The position numbers and the translations under genes were made by a program. A stretch of 64,000 nt of DNA from Bacteroidales bacterium (GTDB lineage: Bacteria; Bacteroidota; Bacteroidia; Bacteroidales; GCA-2711565). Under the pieces are notes generated by a model. It was not told where the DNA came from, made no database searches, and saw only the letters and a program-made list of their open reading frames with translations. Shown piece by piece: positions 37,044-47,157 of the stretch. The stretch covers positions 5,905-69,904 of the forward strand of contig JANQLW010000025.1 of NCBI GenBank assembly GCA_028280405.1, written 5' to 3'. Each line of letters starts with the position of its first letter. Position 1 is the first letter of the stretch.

Positions 37044-37492
37044 TCTCCAACTGCCCCGAAGGGTAGAAGCGGGTAGGCAAAAACTAATTTTTTTTGCACC
37101 AACCTTTCAATCAATGAGTCAGTATTTTCTATCCGTTTTTTCAAATTTTATAATCAGTTTCATTGTTTGCTGTTTCATTCTTTTGCTTGCAGTTAACGGT
37201 TGTGCCTATTTAAATTACACATAAACTTCTAAAATCAAGATATAAACACAATTTAAACAATGCTTAAGTAAACTGTATATAGTAAAATAAGTTATTCGAG
37301 TAAATTAGTTATTGTTTCTTGCAAGTTCCTTACAATATAAGAAAATTATTGGATTTTTAAATCTTTTATTATGCCTTCCAGCTTTTGATCTCAAATAGCT
37401 TCTGTTTGAGCAACATCTTCTTTTTGTTGCTAATTTAATTTTTCTTATTTTAGTTATTGATACCATGTTTTTTTTAGTTAAAAATAAAAAAT

Positions 37493-38542
37493 ATGAATAG
37501 TGAGATAAGTATTCTTATAATCTCTGGTGTAGGTATCCTGAATGGTCTGGCTTTTGGTGTATATCTTATTTTTACTAAAATTGGCAACAGGAAAGCCAAT
37601 ATCTTTTTAGGTTTGTTTGTAATATTGATTTCGATACGGTTTATAAGATCAGTAAATTTTTATCTTACACCTGTCTATAATCATACAGAGTTTTTTATAA
37701 GCTCAACGTGTTTTTTACTTTTAGGGCCGGTACTATATTTATATGTAAAAGCCAATCTGGGAGATAAGTTGCAGTTAAAAGCTTATGATTTTCTACAGAT
37801 ATTTATTTTGCTTCCTTTACTACTTATTTCTTTAGACTTACCTGATTATTTGCCAATATTTAAATTACTTACCTATTCTTCTTTAGCTATTCTGTTAACT
37901 TATACGATTCTAGCTTTAAATAAACTTTTAAAAGTTATCAGGCGTAAAAAGAAAAATAGAAAGTTCATTACCATATCACAGATAAATTGGATTAGAAACC
38001 TGTTGTTCCTTATTATTATCAATACTTTTCTATATGGAATAAATCTTGAATATAGAATTGTACCAAATATTTTTGGAGCCACCTCTTATGCTATAATATT
38101 ATATGCGATCTTTATTTATTGGAGTAAGCTACAATTTTTACGGAAGCAACGATCAACTCTCGAAAAATATAAAAATGCTGTTTTTGATAAAAGAAAAGCT
38201 CAGGAACATATTGATGTTCTGCTCTTAAAAATAGAAAAGGAAGAATTATATAAAGATTATACCATTACCTTGCCAGAACTCGCACGCATTCTTTCAGTAC
38301 CCCAACATTACCTGAGTATGATTATCAATCTGAATTTAGGCAAAAACTTCTCTGAATTTATGAATGATTATCGTATTGATGAAGCTTGTAGAATGTTAAG
38401 AGATGAGAAATATGCAAGCGAATCTGTACAATCAATTGCCTATACTTCCGGATTTAATTCAATTTCTGTTTTTTATACTTGTTTTAAGGAGCATACAGGA
38501 GTAACACCAACAGAGTATAGGAAAAAAAATCCTGATTTATAA
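37493..38542 (+). CDS. Membrane-anchored AraC-family transcriptional regulator
   Basis: 349 aa. Multiple N-terminal TM helices plus an AraC double HTH (ITLPELARILSVPQHYLS..., GFNSISVFYTCFKEHTGVTPTEYRKK). Same architecture as 25941..27062. Confidence 0.85.
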   Translation: MNSEISILIISGVGILNGLAFGVYLIFTKIGNRKANIFLGLFVILISIRFIRSVNFYLTPVYNHTEFFISSTCFLLLGPVLYLYVKANLGDKLQLKAYDFLQIFILLPLLLISLDLPDYLPIFKLLTYSSLAILLTYTILALNKLLKVIRRKKKNRKFITISQINWIRNLLFLIIINTFLYGINLEYRIVPNIFGATSYAIILYAIFIYWSKLQFLRKQRSTLEKYKNAVFDKRKAQEHIDVLLLKIEKEELYKDYTITLPELARILSVPQHYLSMIINLNLGKNFSEFMNDYRIDEACRMLRDEKYASESVQSIAYTSGFNSISVFYTCFKEHTGVTPTEYRKKNPDL

Positions 38543-38605
38543 ATCAGGAAGGCTTCTATTATCATATTGCTTTATTTTGAATTAAAATCAAAACACAGAT
38601 TCAAT

Positions 38606-39652
38606 ATGAAAAAAAATTCAAAGCCTTATTTCGTTATTCTAACATTCTTCGTCCTTATTTTTTCCTGTTGTCAGAATAAGAAATTCTCTAGCAATTCCAA
38701 TTCTATTTTTGAACCTGATTTTTCAAAACTAAGCGGGCCTTATTTAGGCCAAAAACCGCCTGGCCTGAAACCTGAAATTTTTGCTCCGGGAATAATTTCC
38801 AATGCTTATAATGAAGTATGTATCTCCTTTTCAAAAGATGCAAAGGAAATGTTTTATTCTATTGCAGGTAAACCTCATGGTGTCATTTTTTATTTAAAGG
38901 AAAAAAACGGGATATGGACATTTCCTGAAGTAGCTCCTTTTTCCGGGAATTATAGTTCGGAATTCCTGATCACTCCTGATGGAAATCGTATTTTGCTTAG
39001 TACAGGAGCTCCACTTGATGAAAAGGGGCCTCCGAAATCAGCATGGGGTTTATGGGTAGCGCATTATGAGAATGGAGTTTGGTGTAAAGCCAGCCCATTA
39101 ACTTCTCCCTTAAATTCAAGCGAATATTCAGTTGTCTCACCATCACTTTCAACAAATGGGGATCTGTATTTTTGCTCGGCAGATTATCCGGGAATAATCG
39201 GTGGTGCTGACATTCTGATGTCTAAACAAACTAATGGAGTTTTTGAAGATATTGAGGTTATGAATGATTCTATTAATACTGAATATTGGGAAATTGATCC
39301 TTTTATAGCTTCCGATGGAAGTTTTCTTATATTTTCTTCGAACAGGCCTGATGGATATGGAAAATTTGACTTATATATCAGCTTTAGAAAAAAAGACGGA
39401 ACCTGGACTTTAGCAAAAAATATGGGAAACATAATAAACTCCAAAAATCAGGAAGTGCATCCGTCAATTTCCTTAGATGGAAAATATCTTTTCTTCTGTA
39501 GTAATAGATATCAGCTACCTAAGTATTCGGAAGCACAATTATCATATAAGGAAAAAATAGAAATACTAAATGACCCTCATAATGGCAATGAGAATATTTA
39601 TTGGATGGATGCTGAAATTATAGATAAACTTAAACCTAAAGGCATAAAATAA
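38606..39652 (+). CDS. Secreted/lipoprotein TolB-like (PD40 beta-propeller repeat) protein
   Basis: The track ORF starts at TTG 38567. ATG ~38606 (MKKNSKPYFVILTFFVLIFSCC) gives a lipoprotein signal. Repeated S.DG..L.FSS.R motifs resemble PD40 repeats. Confidence 0.65.
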   Translation: MKKNSKPYFVILTFFVLIFSCCQNKKFSSNSNSIFEPDFSKLSGPYLGQKPPGLKPEIFAPGIISNAYNEVCISFSKDAKEMFYSIAGKPHGVIFYLKEKNGIWTFPEVAPFSGNYSSEFLITPDGNRILLSTGAPLDEKGPPKSAWGLWVAHYENGVWCKASPLTSPLNSSEYSVVSPSLSTNGDLYFCSADYPGIIGGADILMSKQTNGVFEDIEVMNDSINTEYWEIDPFIASDGSFLIFSSNRPDGYGKFDLYISFRKKDGTWTLAKNMGNIINSKNQEVHPSISLDGKYLFFCSNRYQLPKYSEAQLSYKEKIEILNDPHNGNENIYWMDAEIIDKLKPKGIK

Positions 39653-39728
39653 ACAGTGAATTATGGATGGTGTAAATATATCCCATCGATCCCGTAAGTA
39701 TTAAAGCCCGACTCATGTGTCAGCCGAT

Positions 39729-40556
39729 TTAATATCTATTTTGTTTAAAAATATATTTTAGGCCTTCATATACACTACCGAATGGAACATGCCCCTGGGA
39801 TTCTATATAATCTAGTCTGATTGGATAATCAGAAGATAATTTTTCTTTAAAATAAGCAAAAAACTGAGGTAGATAATCTTTTGTGTATGCATTGTCTGCT
39901 TTTCCATAATTGAAGTAAATAACTTTGTTTTTATGGTATTTGCTATTTAAAAATAGTTGAATATTAGTTTTTAATAAATCAGGGCAATGACCTATTGAAG
40001 GACTACTGGAAATAATTGCATCAAAGCAGTCTGGTTTATTAAATAAAGTATAAATTGCAAAAAGCCCTCCATTTGAAGCACCGAATAGAATGTTGTAATT
40101 GGAAGTTCTGTATTCTTTTTCTATGAAAGGTTTTAATTCTCCGGTAAGAAATTTCATAAAATTTTTGACATTACGATTTTCTGTATCCGTATCTTGATTT
40201 GAAGGTACAAGATCCCTGTCCCGGTTGACATTAGTATGAATACCTACAATAATAAACTCTTGGGTATTCTCAAATAAATGTAAATAACCGGTGGCGGCTA
40301 TAGCTTCTAAAAATAATGGTAAAAAATCTCCGTCAAGAAGAAACAGAACAGGATAATTCTCATTGTTATTCTCATAGTTTTTAGGTAAATGGATGAATAA
40401 ACTGCGATTTTCCTTAAGATGTTCTGAATATATATTTCTTTTCAAACCAACTGAAATAATACTCTCTTTGTTTTGAGCATATGCGATATTTAGAGATAAG
40501 GCAAATAAAATGCCTAGAGTAAGGATAAATTTATTTTTTTTCCTATTCATTATCAT
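39729..40556 (-). CDS. Secreted alpha/beta-hydrolase, putative esterase family
   Basis: 275 aa. Signal peptide. Nucleophile elbow GASNGG. PVLFLLDGD pattern typical of esterase-D/enterochelin-esterase-like proteins. Confidence 0.7.
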   Translation of the reverse strand: MIMNRKKNKFILTLGILFALSLNIAYAQNKESIISVGLKRNIYSEHLKENRSLFIHLPKNYENNNENYPVLFLLDGDFLPLFLEAIAATGYLHLFENTQEFIIVGIHTNVNRDRDLVPSNQDTDTENRNVKNFMKFLTGELKPFIEKEYRTSNYNILFGASNGGLFAIYTLFNKPDCFDAIISSSPSIGHCPDLLKTNIQLFLNSKYHKNKVIYFNYGKADNAYTKDYLPQFFAYFKEKLSSDYPIRLDYIESQGHVPFGSVYEGLKYIFKQNRY

Positions 40557-40582
40557 CTTGTTTTACTTTTTAGTGATGTTAT

Positions 40583-41830
40583 TTAATTCCTTTTTAATTT
40601 TTTTAGCATTTGAACAGCATTAATATTATCTGGGTTAAGAACTAAAGATATCTTGTAGTTTTTAATTGCTCTTTTTTTATCTCCATATTTCATATACGCT
40701 TCACCCAAACTATCATAAACATTAAATGCCTTCGGGTATTCTTCAACATTAAGTTTGAGAATTTTAATAGCTTCTTCAACTCTATTTTTACCAAGCAAAT
40801 AATAACCCAGGACGTTTAATGCATTTTCATTGAAATTGTAGTTGTTAAATTTGTTTTTCTTAAATTCCCTGTATTGGTTGATTGCAGCACTTGCATTTCT
40901 CTTTATCAGAGTATTTAATAAAGGTTCTGCTATGGAAGGATTCGTATTTTTATTAGTAAGGCTTGCAACAACCGCTCCAATCCAGTAGTCTGCTGTAGGG
41001 CCGTTTGTAACTTTTACATTCCATTTTCTTAAAATATTTTCTTTTATCATAATACTTGCATCTTTCCCTTCTTTTAAGCCTTGTCTTATAGTATTTGTAG
41101 TATTAATTATCATATTGTAATATTGTTTCATCTCATCCAGGGTATAATCCCTTCCATGTCCTGCAATAAATCTGGTATCTTCTGGAAAAAAAGTTAAGAT
41201 CTTCCTAACTGATCGGATATATTGTTCGATATTTCCTCCAGCATTTGATTCAACTGACGGGAATCCATTTGTAAGGAGTAAATCACCCAGAAAGGCAATT
41301 TTTGATGCTGTAAAATAAACGATAATGTCTCCATCTGTATGCCCCGGAAAGTATAAAAGTTTAATTTCTTCATTGTTGAAGTAGACGGAATACGAATCTT
41401 CAAAAGTGATATCAGGCAAAGCTTCCGGTGATACATTTCGAATTTGTCCGTAAAATCCTTGCAAATGTTTTTTTACATTTTCGTGTGCAATTATAATTAC
41501 ACTGTCATTTGCTAAAAGCTTATTGCCACCTGTATGATCTAGATGCAAATGCGTATTGATGAGTATTTTTAATTTCCCATTTCCCAGAGTTTCTATTTTA
41601 GAAAGTAATTCTTCGGCTGTTTCTAAATAACCGGCATCAATAAGTAAAATTCCTTCTTCCCCGACATATGCTAGTGTGTTTGCCGTATAGTTTCTTGTAT
41701 TTTTACAAACTATTTTATAAAATTTATTTGAAATTTTGATGACTTCAGCAGTAATTGTATTCTGGGCTTTAATAACTATAGAGCTGCTAATGAACAGAAC
41801 AATAAAAATGCATTTTACTATTATTTTCAT
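40583..41830 (-). CDS. Secreted MBL-fold metallo-hydrolase with C-terminal TPR region
   Basis: 415 aa. HLHLDHTGG metal motif. C-terminal TPR-like YYLLGKNRVEEAIKILKLNVEEYPKAFNVYDSLGEAY. Confidence 0.85.
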   Translation of the reverse strand: MKIIVKCIFIVLFISSSIVIKAQNTITAEVIKISNKFYKIVCKNTRNYTANTLAYVGEEGILLIDAGYLETAEELLSKIETLGNGKLKILINTHLHLDHTGGNKLLANDSVIIIAHENVKKHLQGFYGQIRNVSPEALPDITFEDSYSVYFNNEEIKLLYFPGHTDGDIIVYFTASKIAFLGDLLLTNGFPSVESNAGGNIEQYIRSVRKILTFFPEDTRFIAGHGRDYTLDEMKQYYNMIINTTNTIRQGLKEGKDASIMIKENILRKWNVKVTNGPTADYWIGAVVASLTNKNTNPSIAEPLLNTLIKRNASAAINQYREFKKNKFNNYNFNENALNVLGYYLLGKNRVEEAIKILKLNVEEYPKAFNVYDSLGEAYMKYGDKKRAIKNYKISLVLNPDNINAVQMLKKLKRN

Positions 41831-42157
41831 AAAAATGAATTTTAAGTGTTAAATAAAGGATTTAATAAATAATAAATTTTAAAGCCTTTACTATTCGTCT
41901 TTGATCAATATGTTAAAATTACATATCATTATCTTTTAAACCTTCCGATATTATCATTTCGGAATATATCGAAAGTTTGTGATGAGCATTTTTATTATCA
42001 AGTTAAAGGTTAGAACCCTTTATTTTTTTGAATAATGAAGTATAACACAGACGCAAGCTGACCTGCCTTGCAAGCAAGAAGGTCAGCATTATATTCAGAA
42101 ATTTCGTAAGTAAATTAATATAAGGGAGGTATAAAATAGATTCAAATAACCTGTAAA

Positions 42158-43321
42158 CTAAAGCTCAATTTTTTCTCCTTGCAATGTACCTTTATAGAAC
42201 TTGCCATTTTCATAAATTAAAACTTCTCCTGTTTTTCCCTTCTTGATACCGGTATCAACACAAAGAATCTTTCCGTCATATAAGGAAACAATGGAATCCT
42301 GGGTTGTATGTCCAACAATAATACGTTTCTTGTCAAAATGTTTAAGAATGATATCCAGCTTTTCTTTATTAAAACTATTACCCCTGAAATAACCTCTGTA
42401 CCAAACAGGGCCTTTACTGCCTTCCAAAAGATCTAAAAGAGGATCACTTTTTATCATAGACCTCTCTTCGTCAATAATAGCTTTTTGAAATATTATATTT
42501 GAACTATGCTGAATAATCCCCTTAGTAACAAACTCCGGAGATATTCCTGCATGGACAAAAAGAATGTCGTTGATGCTGATGATTACTGGTTTGGTTCTTA
42601 ACCACTTTCCAATGATGGAGTTCTCAGCATATAGTTGGTCATAAGTAGTTCCCATTCTTTTAGCATTCATCATATATTTTTTGTTTACATAGCGCAGGTC
42701 GTTGTTTAATACCATCAATTCATGATTGCCAATTAAAAAATGAACTTTTCCTCCATTCTTTTTAGCTTGTTGTTCCAGTTTGACTACAAGCCAAAAAATT
42801 TCGGTTACTGTCTCACCCCTGTTAAAGATGTCTCCATTTACAACTAAATGCCCGGATCCATAGCTCCAGTCGTTGTTATTGTTTATAATTCCATGCTTTT
42901 TTAGTAGTTCTGCGAAGAGGGCATATTGTCCATGTGGATCACTAATGATAGTCATTTTTTCAACTCCGTGAAATGTTTGCTCATAATCAATAGTATCCAT
43001 ACTTGATAACAGACTTATAAAATCCAATGAAAAACCAAAGTTTTCCTGAATTTTACTAAAATCATTATTAGCAATGCTATGTTCAATAACACTATCTTTT
43101 TCAATCCATTTGACCGTAATCTTGTTGTCTTTTAATAGAAAATAGGGGCCATCCGTTATGTATTTATTCGAGTAAGGGCCTGTTTTAAACTCTTTAATAA
43201 TTTCCTGTTGCCCTTCATTTTTGTTGTCAATACTTGAGTTATCATTACAAGAACATCCATTTAAAACGGAAAGAATTATTAATACTAAATATAGTTGATA
43301 CCATTTGAAAAATTTACTCAT
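42158..43321 (-). CDS. Lipoprotein metallophosphoesterase (PPP/calcineurin-like)
   Basis: 387 aa. Lipobox LNGCS. Motifs ISDPHGQ, NGDIFNRG, IGNHE, VHAG, VGHT. Confidence 0.8.
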   Translation of the reverse strand: MSKFFKWYQLYLVLIILSVLNGCSCNDNSSIDNKNEGQQEIIKEFKTGPYSNKYITDGPYFLLKDNKITVKWIEKDSVIEHSIANNDFSKIQENFGFSLDFISLLSSMDTIDYEQTFHGVEKMTIISDPHGQYALFAELLKKHGIINNNNDWSYGSGHLVVNGDIFNRGETVTEIFWLVVKLEQQAKKNGGKVHFLIGNHELMVLNNDLRYVNKKYMMNAKRMGTTYDQLYAENSIIGKWLRTKPVIISINDILFVHAGISPEFVTKGIIQHSSNIIFQKAIIDEERSMIKSDPLLDLLEGSKGPVWYRGYFRGNSFNKEKLDIILKHFDKKRIIVGHTTQDSIVSLYDGKILCVDTGIKKGKTGEVLIYENGKFYKGTLQGEKIEL

Positions 43322-43447
43322 AATACTAAAGGTTTAAGATGTTTTTGAAATAAGTTCTTTTCCTGCTTATTATCACTCAATAACAGATCAATATATCAGT
43401 GTCAGGAATTTCTATTTTTATCTTATGTAAAAATAGCTTATAAATAA

Positions 43448-45184
43448 TTACTGAAGTTTTAAATCGGTAATGATATCCTTAAGCTTTTGATCCAGTTTTT
43501 GTTCGGTTGCAATAAAATCTTCTTTAGCATTTAATGCTTCTTTTACACTAAAATAGAATTTTATTTTAGGTTCGGTACCGGAAGGCCTGACACTAATTTT
43601 GCTCCCGTCTTCTGTAAAGAATTGTAAAACATTTGATTTAGGTATGTCAATAGTAGTTTCTTTGCCTGTATTCAGATCAAATCCTTTTTGCAGGTCATAA
43701 TCTTTAATCATGATTACTTTTGAGTCATTAATGGATTTTGGAGGATTGCTTCTAAAGTTAACCATCATTTCCTGAATTTCTTCAGCTCCGGTTTTTCCTT
43801 TTCTTACAATAGAAATCAAGCTTTCTTTATAAAAACCGTATTCCAGATAAATATCAATCAGAATATCGTAAATGGTTTTCTTTTGTTCTGCGGCCCAGGC
43901 TGCAATTTCTGCAATAAATGCACAAGCACTTACTGCATCTTTATCGCGGACAAAATCACCTACCATAAATCCATAACTTTCTTCACCACCGCCAATAAAG
44001 GTTTTTATGCCTTCATTTTTTCGGATAACATCCGCAATCCATTTAAATCCGGTTAAGCAATCATAATATGCTACATTGTTTTTTACAGCAATGTCTTTCA
44101 TGAGTTCACTGGTAACAATGGTCTTTACAATATATTCTTTACCGGTAAGCTTATTATTTTCTTTCCACTTAGTAATCAAATAATAGGTTAATAAACATGC
44201 TGTTTGATTTCCATTAACCAAAACGAACTGATCTTTATGGTCTTTTACAGCTATTCCTACACGGTCTGAATCAGGGTCGGTTGCCATGACTAAAGTAGCC
44301 CCGATATTTTTGGCCTTTTCAATCGCCATTTCAAGAGCTGCAGATTCTTCAGGATTTGGAGATATTACTGTTGGGAAATTCCCATCAGGTATGCTTTGTT
44401 CTTCTACCGGATATATATTGCTAAATCCAAATTCTTTCAGGCATCTGGGAACCATCATTGCTCCGGTGCCATGCAAAGGGGTATATACAATTTTTATATC
44501 TTTATGTCTTTTTATAGCTTCGGGAGAAAGTGATTGTTTTACTATTTCAGCAAGATATAATTGATCCGTTTCCTCTCCGATGATTTCAATTAAATCTCTT
44601 TGGCCTTCAAATTTAACCTGGGAAACATCCGTGATCTTTTGAGCTTCTGCAATTACGTTTTTATCATGAGGAGGAATTAATTGTGCCCCATCATTCCAAT
44701 AGGCCTTATATCCATTATACTCTTTCGGATTATGAGAAGCCGTGATTATAATTCCACTATGGCAATTTAAATGGCGAATTGCAAATGATATTTCCGGAGT
44801 AGGGCGGAGGTCTTCAAATAAATAGACTTTTATTCCATTTGCAGAAAGAACATCGGCTGCAATTTCTGAGAAATACCTGCTGTTGTTTCGAGAGTCATAT
44901 CCAATAACCATTTTCAGTTGTTCCCCCGGGAATGATTTTAATAAATAATTTGCCAGCCCTTGAGTTGCCATGCCAACTGTATATTTGTTCATACGGTTGG
45001 TCCCAACTCCCATAATGCCTCTTAATCCCCCGGTTCCGAACTCAAGATCCCTGTAAAATGATTCCGTTAATTCCTGAGGATTATGATCGATGAGTTCCTG
45101 TACTTTATTTCTTGTCTCTTTATCAAAAGATTTGCTAAGCCATTTTTTGGCATTATCTAAAACGTAGTTTTCTATTATGGCCAT
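43448..45184 (-). CDS. Phospho-sugar mutase (phosphoglucomutase/phosphomannomutase family)
   Basis: 578 aa. Active-site loop TASHNPKEYNGYK. Mg site TDPDSDR. GEESYG sugar-binding loop. Confidence 0.9.
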   Translation of the reverse strand: MAIIENYVLDNAKKWLSKSFDKETRNKVQELIDHNPQELTESFYRDLEFGTGGLRGIMGVGTNRMNKYTVGMATQGLANYLLKSFPGEQLKMVIGYDSRNNSRYFSEIAADVLSANGIKVYLFEDLRPTPEISFAIRHLNCHSGIIITASHNPKEYNGYKAYWNDGAQLIPPHDKNVIAEAQKITDVSQVKFEGQRDLIEIIGEETDQLYLAEIVKQSLSPEAIKRHKDIKIVYTPLHGTGAMMVPRCLKEFGFSNIYPVEEQSIPDGNFPTVISPNPEESAALEMAIEKAKNIGATLVMATDPDSDRVGIAVKDHKDQFVLVNGNQTACLLTYYLITKWKENNKLTGKEYIVKTIVTSELMKDIAVKNNVAYYDCLTGFKWIADVIRKNEGIKTFIGGGEESYGFMVGDFVRDKDAVSACAFIAEIAAWAAEQKKTIYDILIDIYLEYGFYKESLISIVRKGKTGAEEIQEMMVNFRSNPPKSINDSKVIMIKDYDLQKGFDLNTGKETTIDIPKSNVLQFFTEDGSKISVRPSGTEPKIKFYFSVKEALNAKEDFIATEQKLDQKLKDIITDLKLQ

Positions 45185-45186
45185 AT

Positions 45187-46050
45187 TTATTTCTTATTAA
45201 TTATACTTAAACATACCTTTAAACTGTCTTTCCAGTAAGGAATTTCTATGTTTAAGCATCTTTTTATTTTTTCTTTATTAAATACACTGTAAAAAGGCCG
45301 GTTAGCTGGGGCCGGATAGCCTTTACCTTCAATCGGATTAATTTTACATTCAATTTTTTGGAATGCTACAATCTCTTGTGCAAAATCATACCAGCTGCAT
45401 ACCCCTTCGTTTGAATAATGATAAATTTCGATGCCTTTAATTTTATCCTGAACGATGAACTGAATGATGGCTTTAGCCAGATCAGCTGCATATGTAGGTG
45501 TTCCAATCTGATCAAAAACAACATTTAATTCTGATTTGGCATTTGCATGCTTACTTATCGTTTTTACAAAATTATTTCCGAATGCAGAATAAAGCCAGGA
45601 AGTTCTGATAATAACAGCATTGATTGAACCATTAATAATTCTTTTTTCTCCTTCTTCTTTAGTATATCCATAAAAAGAATTTGATTTCGTTAAATCTGTT
45701 TCAACGTAAGGTTTGTAATTGAATCCATCAAATACATAATCAGTAGAAATATGTATTAAGGATATATTATATTGCTCAGAGATGCTGACGAGATTATTTA
45801 CTCCATCAATATTTATTTTTTTTGCTGTTGCCTGTTCGGTTTCAGCTTTATCAACGGCAGTATAAGCAGCACAGTTTATGATATAATCAAATTGGTTAGA
45901 AGAAAAAAAGCTAATTAGTTGCTCCATTGAGCAGATATTTAATTCATCCATATCAGTGAAACTGAAATTCAAATCGGGGTAATTGCTTTCAATTGCATTT
46001 ATTTCACTTCCAAGTTGGCCCTGGCTTCCTGTTACTAATATGTTTTTCAT
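45187..46050 (-). CDS. rfbD: dTDP-4-dehydrorhamnose reductase-like SDR
   Basis: 287 aa. [22 protein letters not shown] and YGYTKEEGE patterns of RmlD-type reductases. 4-nt overlap with the upstream gene. Confidence 0.75.
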   Translation of the reverse strand: MKNILVTGSQGQLGSEINAIESNYPDLNFSFTDMDELNICSMEQLISFFSSNQFDYIINCAAYTAVDKAETEQATAKKINIDGVNNLVSISEQYNISLIHISTDYVFDGFNYKPYVETDLTKSNSFYGYTKEEGEKRIINGSINAVIIRTSWLYSAFGNNFVKTISKHANAKSELNVVFDQIGTPTYAADLAKAIIQFIVQDKIKGIEIYHYSNEGVCSWYDFAQEIVAFQKIECKINPIEGKGYPAPANRPFYSVFNKEKIKRCLNIEIPYWKDSLKVCLSIINKK

Positions 46051-46988
46051 ATTATTGCTTTGAAATAATCAATTGTTTTTATTAGCCCTTCTTCCAGTTT
46101 TATTTTGGGTTCCCAATTAAGTTTTTCTTTAGCTAAAGAGATATCCGGTTTTCGCTGCATCGGATCATCCGAAGGAAGAGGTTCAAATACTAATTTAGAT
46201 GTTGAGTTTGTCAACTTAATAATCATTTCAGCGAGCTCAAGCATCGTAAATTCGCCCGGGTTCCCAACATTGACCGGCCCCAGAAAATCGTCTCCGGTTT
46301 CCATAAGTTTTACCATTCCATCTAATAAATCATCTACATACTGGAAACTTCTGGTTTGTTTCCCATCACCATAAATAGTGATGTCTTTTCTTTGAAGTGC
46401 CTGTACGATAAAGTTTGAAACAACACGTCCGTCATTTGGATGCATACGGGGGCCATAAGTATTGAAAATTCTTAAAATTTTAATCCGGACATTATTCTGT
46501 TTATGATAATTTACAAATAAAGATTCAGCACATCTTTTGCCTTCATCATAACAGGCCCTGTTTCCAATTGGATTTACATGTCCCCAATAAGATTCCGGCT
46601 GGGGATGTATTTGGGGATCTCCATAAACTTCACTGGTTGAAGCCTGAAGGATTTTAGCATTGATCCGTTTTGCCAAACCAAGCATATTGATTGCTCCTGC
46701 AACTGAAGTTTTAATCGTTTTAATAGGATTGTATTGGTAATGAATAGGAGAGGCCGGGCAAGCTAAATTGTATATTTCATCAACTTCTACAAAATAGGGC
46801 ATTGTTACATCATGCCTTACCAGTTCAAAATATGGATTATCAAGTAAGTGTACAATGTTTTTCTTTTCGCCGGTAAAGTAATTATCCAAACAAATCACTT
46901 CATTGCCTTCATTCAATAATTTTTCGCATAAATGTGAACCTAGAAAACCAGCACCACCGGTAACTAAAACTTTTTTCATAAGCAGCAT
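46047..46988 (-). CDS. UDP-glucuronate decarboxylase (UDP-xylose synthase)
   Basis: 313 aa. [25 protein letters not shown]...YDEGKR catalytic YxxxK. Strong resemblance to UXS enzymes. The true start is probably MKK, 3 codons in. Confidence 0.85.
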   Translation of the reverse strand: MLLMKKVLVTGGAGFLGSHLCEKLLNEGNEVICLDNYFTGEKKNIVHLLDNPYFELVRHDVTMPYFVEVDEIYNLACPASPIHYQYNPIKTIKTSVAGAINMLGLAKRINAKILQASTSEVYGDPQIHPQPESYWGHVNPIGNRACYDEGKRCAESLFVNYHKQNNVRIKILRIFNTYGPRMHPNDGRVVSNFIVQALQRKDITIYGDGKQTRSFQYVDDLLDGMVKLMETGDDFLGPVNVGNPGEFTMLELAEMIIKLTNSTSKLVFEPLPSDDPMQRKPDISLAKEKLNWEPKIKLEEGLIKTIDYFKAII

Positions 46989-47048
46989 GTATTAAAAAAG
47001 TAAAAATAAGAAACTAAAAGCTAAGAATTAATTGTATCAGATTTTAAA

Positions 47049-47117
47049 ATGAACAATTAAAAGTGAATAATTAAAAATGAACATAAAACAATCGAACAAT
47101 GAAACAATCGAACAATT
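47049..47117. repeat. AACAAT-rich short tandem repeats (14-mer x2, 16-mer x2)
   Basis: TGAACAATTAAAAG/TGAATAATTAAAAA, then AACAATCGAACAATGA/AACAATCGAACAATTA, read directly. Confidence 0.8.
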
Positions 47118-47119
47118 AT

Positions 47120-47152
47120 ATAAAAATAAAAGCCCCGAATTATTCGAGGCTT
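47120..47152 (-). terminator. Rho-independent-type terminator of ugd
   Basis: The minus strand reads AAGCCTCGAA-TAA-TTCGGGGCTT followed by TTATTTTTAT, 6 nt after the stop. Confidence 0.75.
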
Positions 47153-47157
47153 GTAAT

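Noticed and set aside
36938-37224. ORFs 36938..37144(-) and 37009..37224(+) upstream of the cassette.
   Set aside because: They overlap each other, the direct repeat and the GC hairpin. They have no coding-like composition or recognisable motifs, so I treated the region as regulatory or non-coding.
45187-46050. Orphan rfbD (no rfbA/B/C nearby) as an anomaly.
   Set aside because: RmlD-like SDRs are often misnamed generic sugar reductases. Its 4-nt overlap with the UDP-xylose synthase gene suggests an ordinary nucleotide-sugar operon. This is not enough for a finding.
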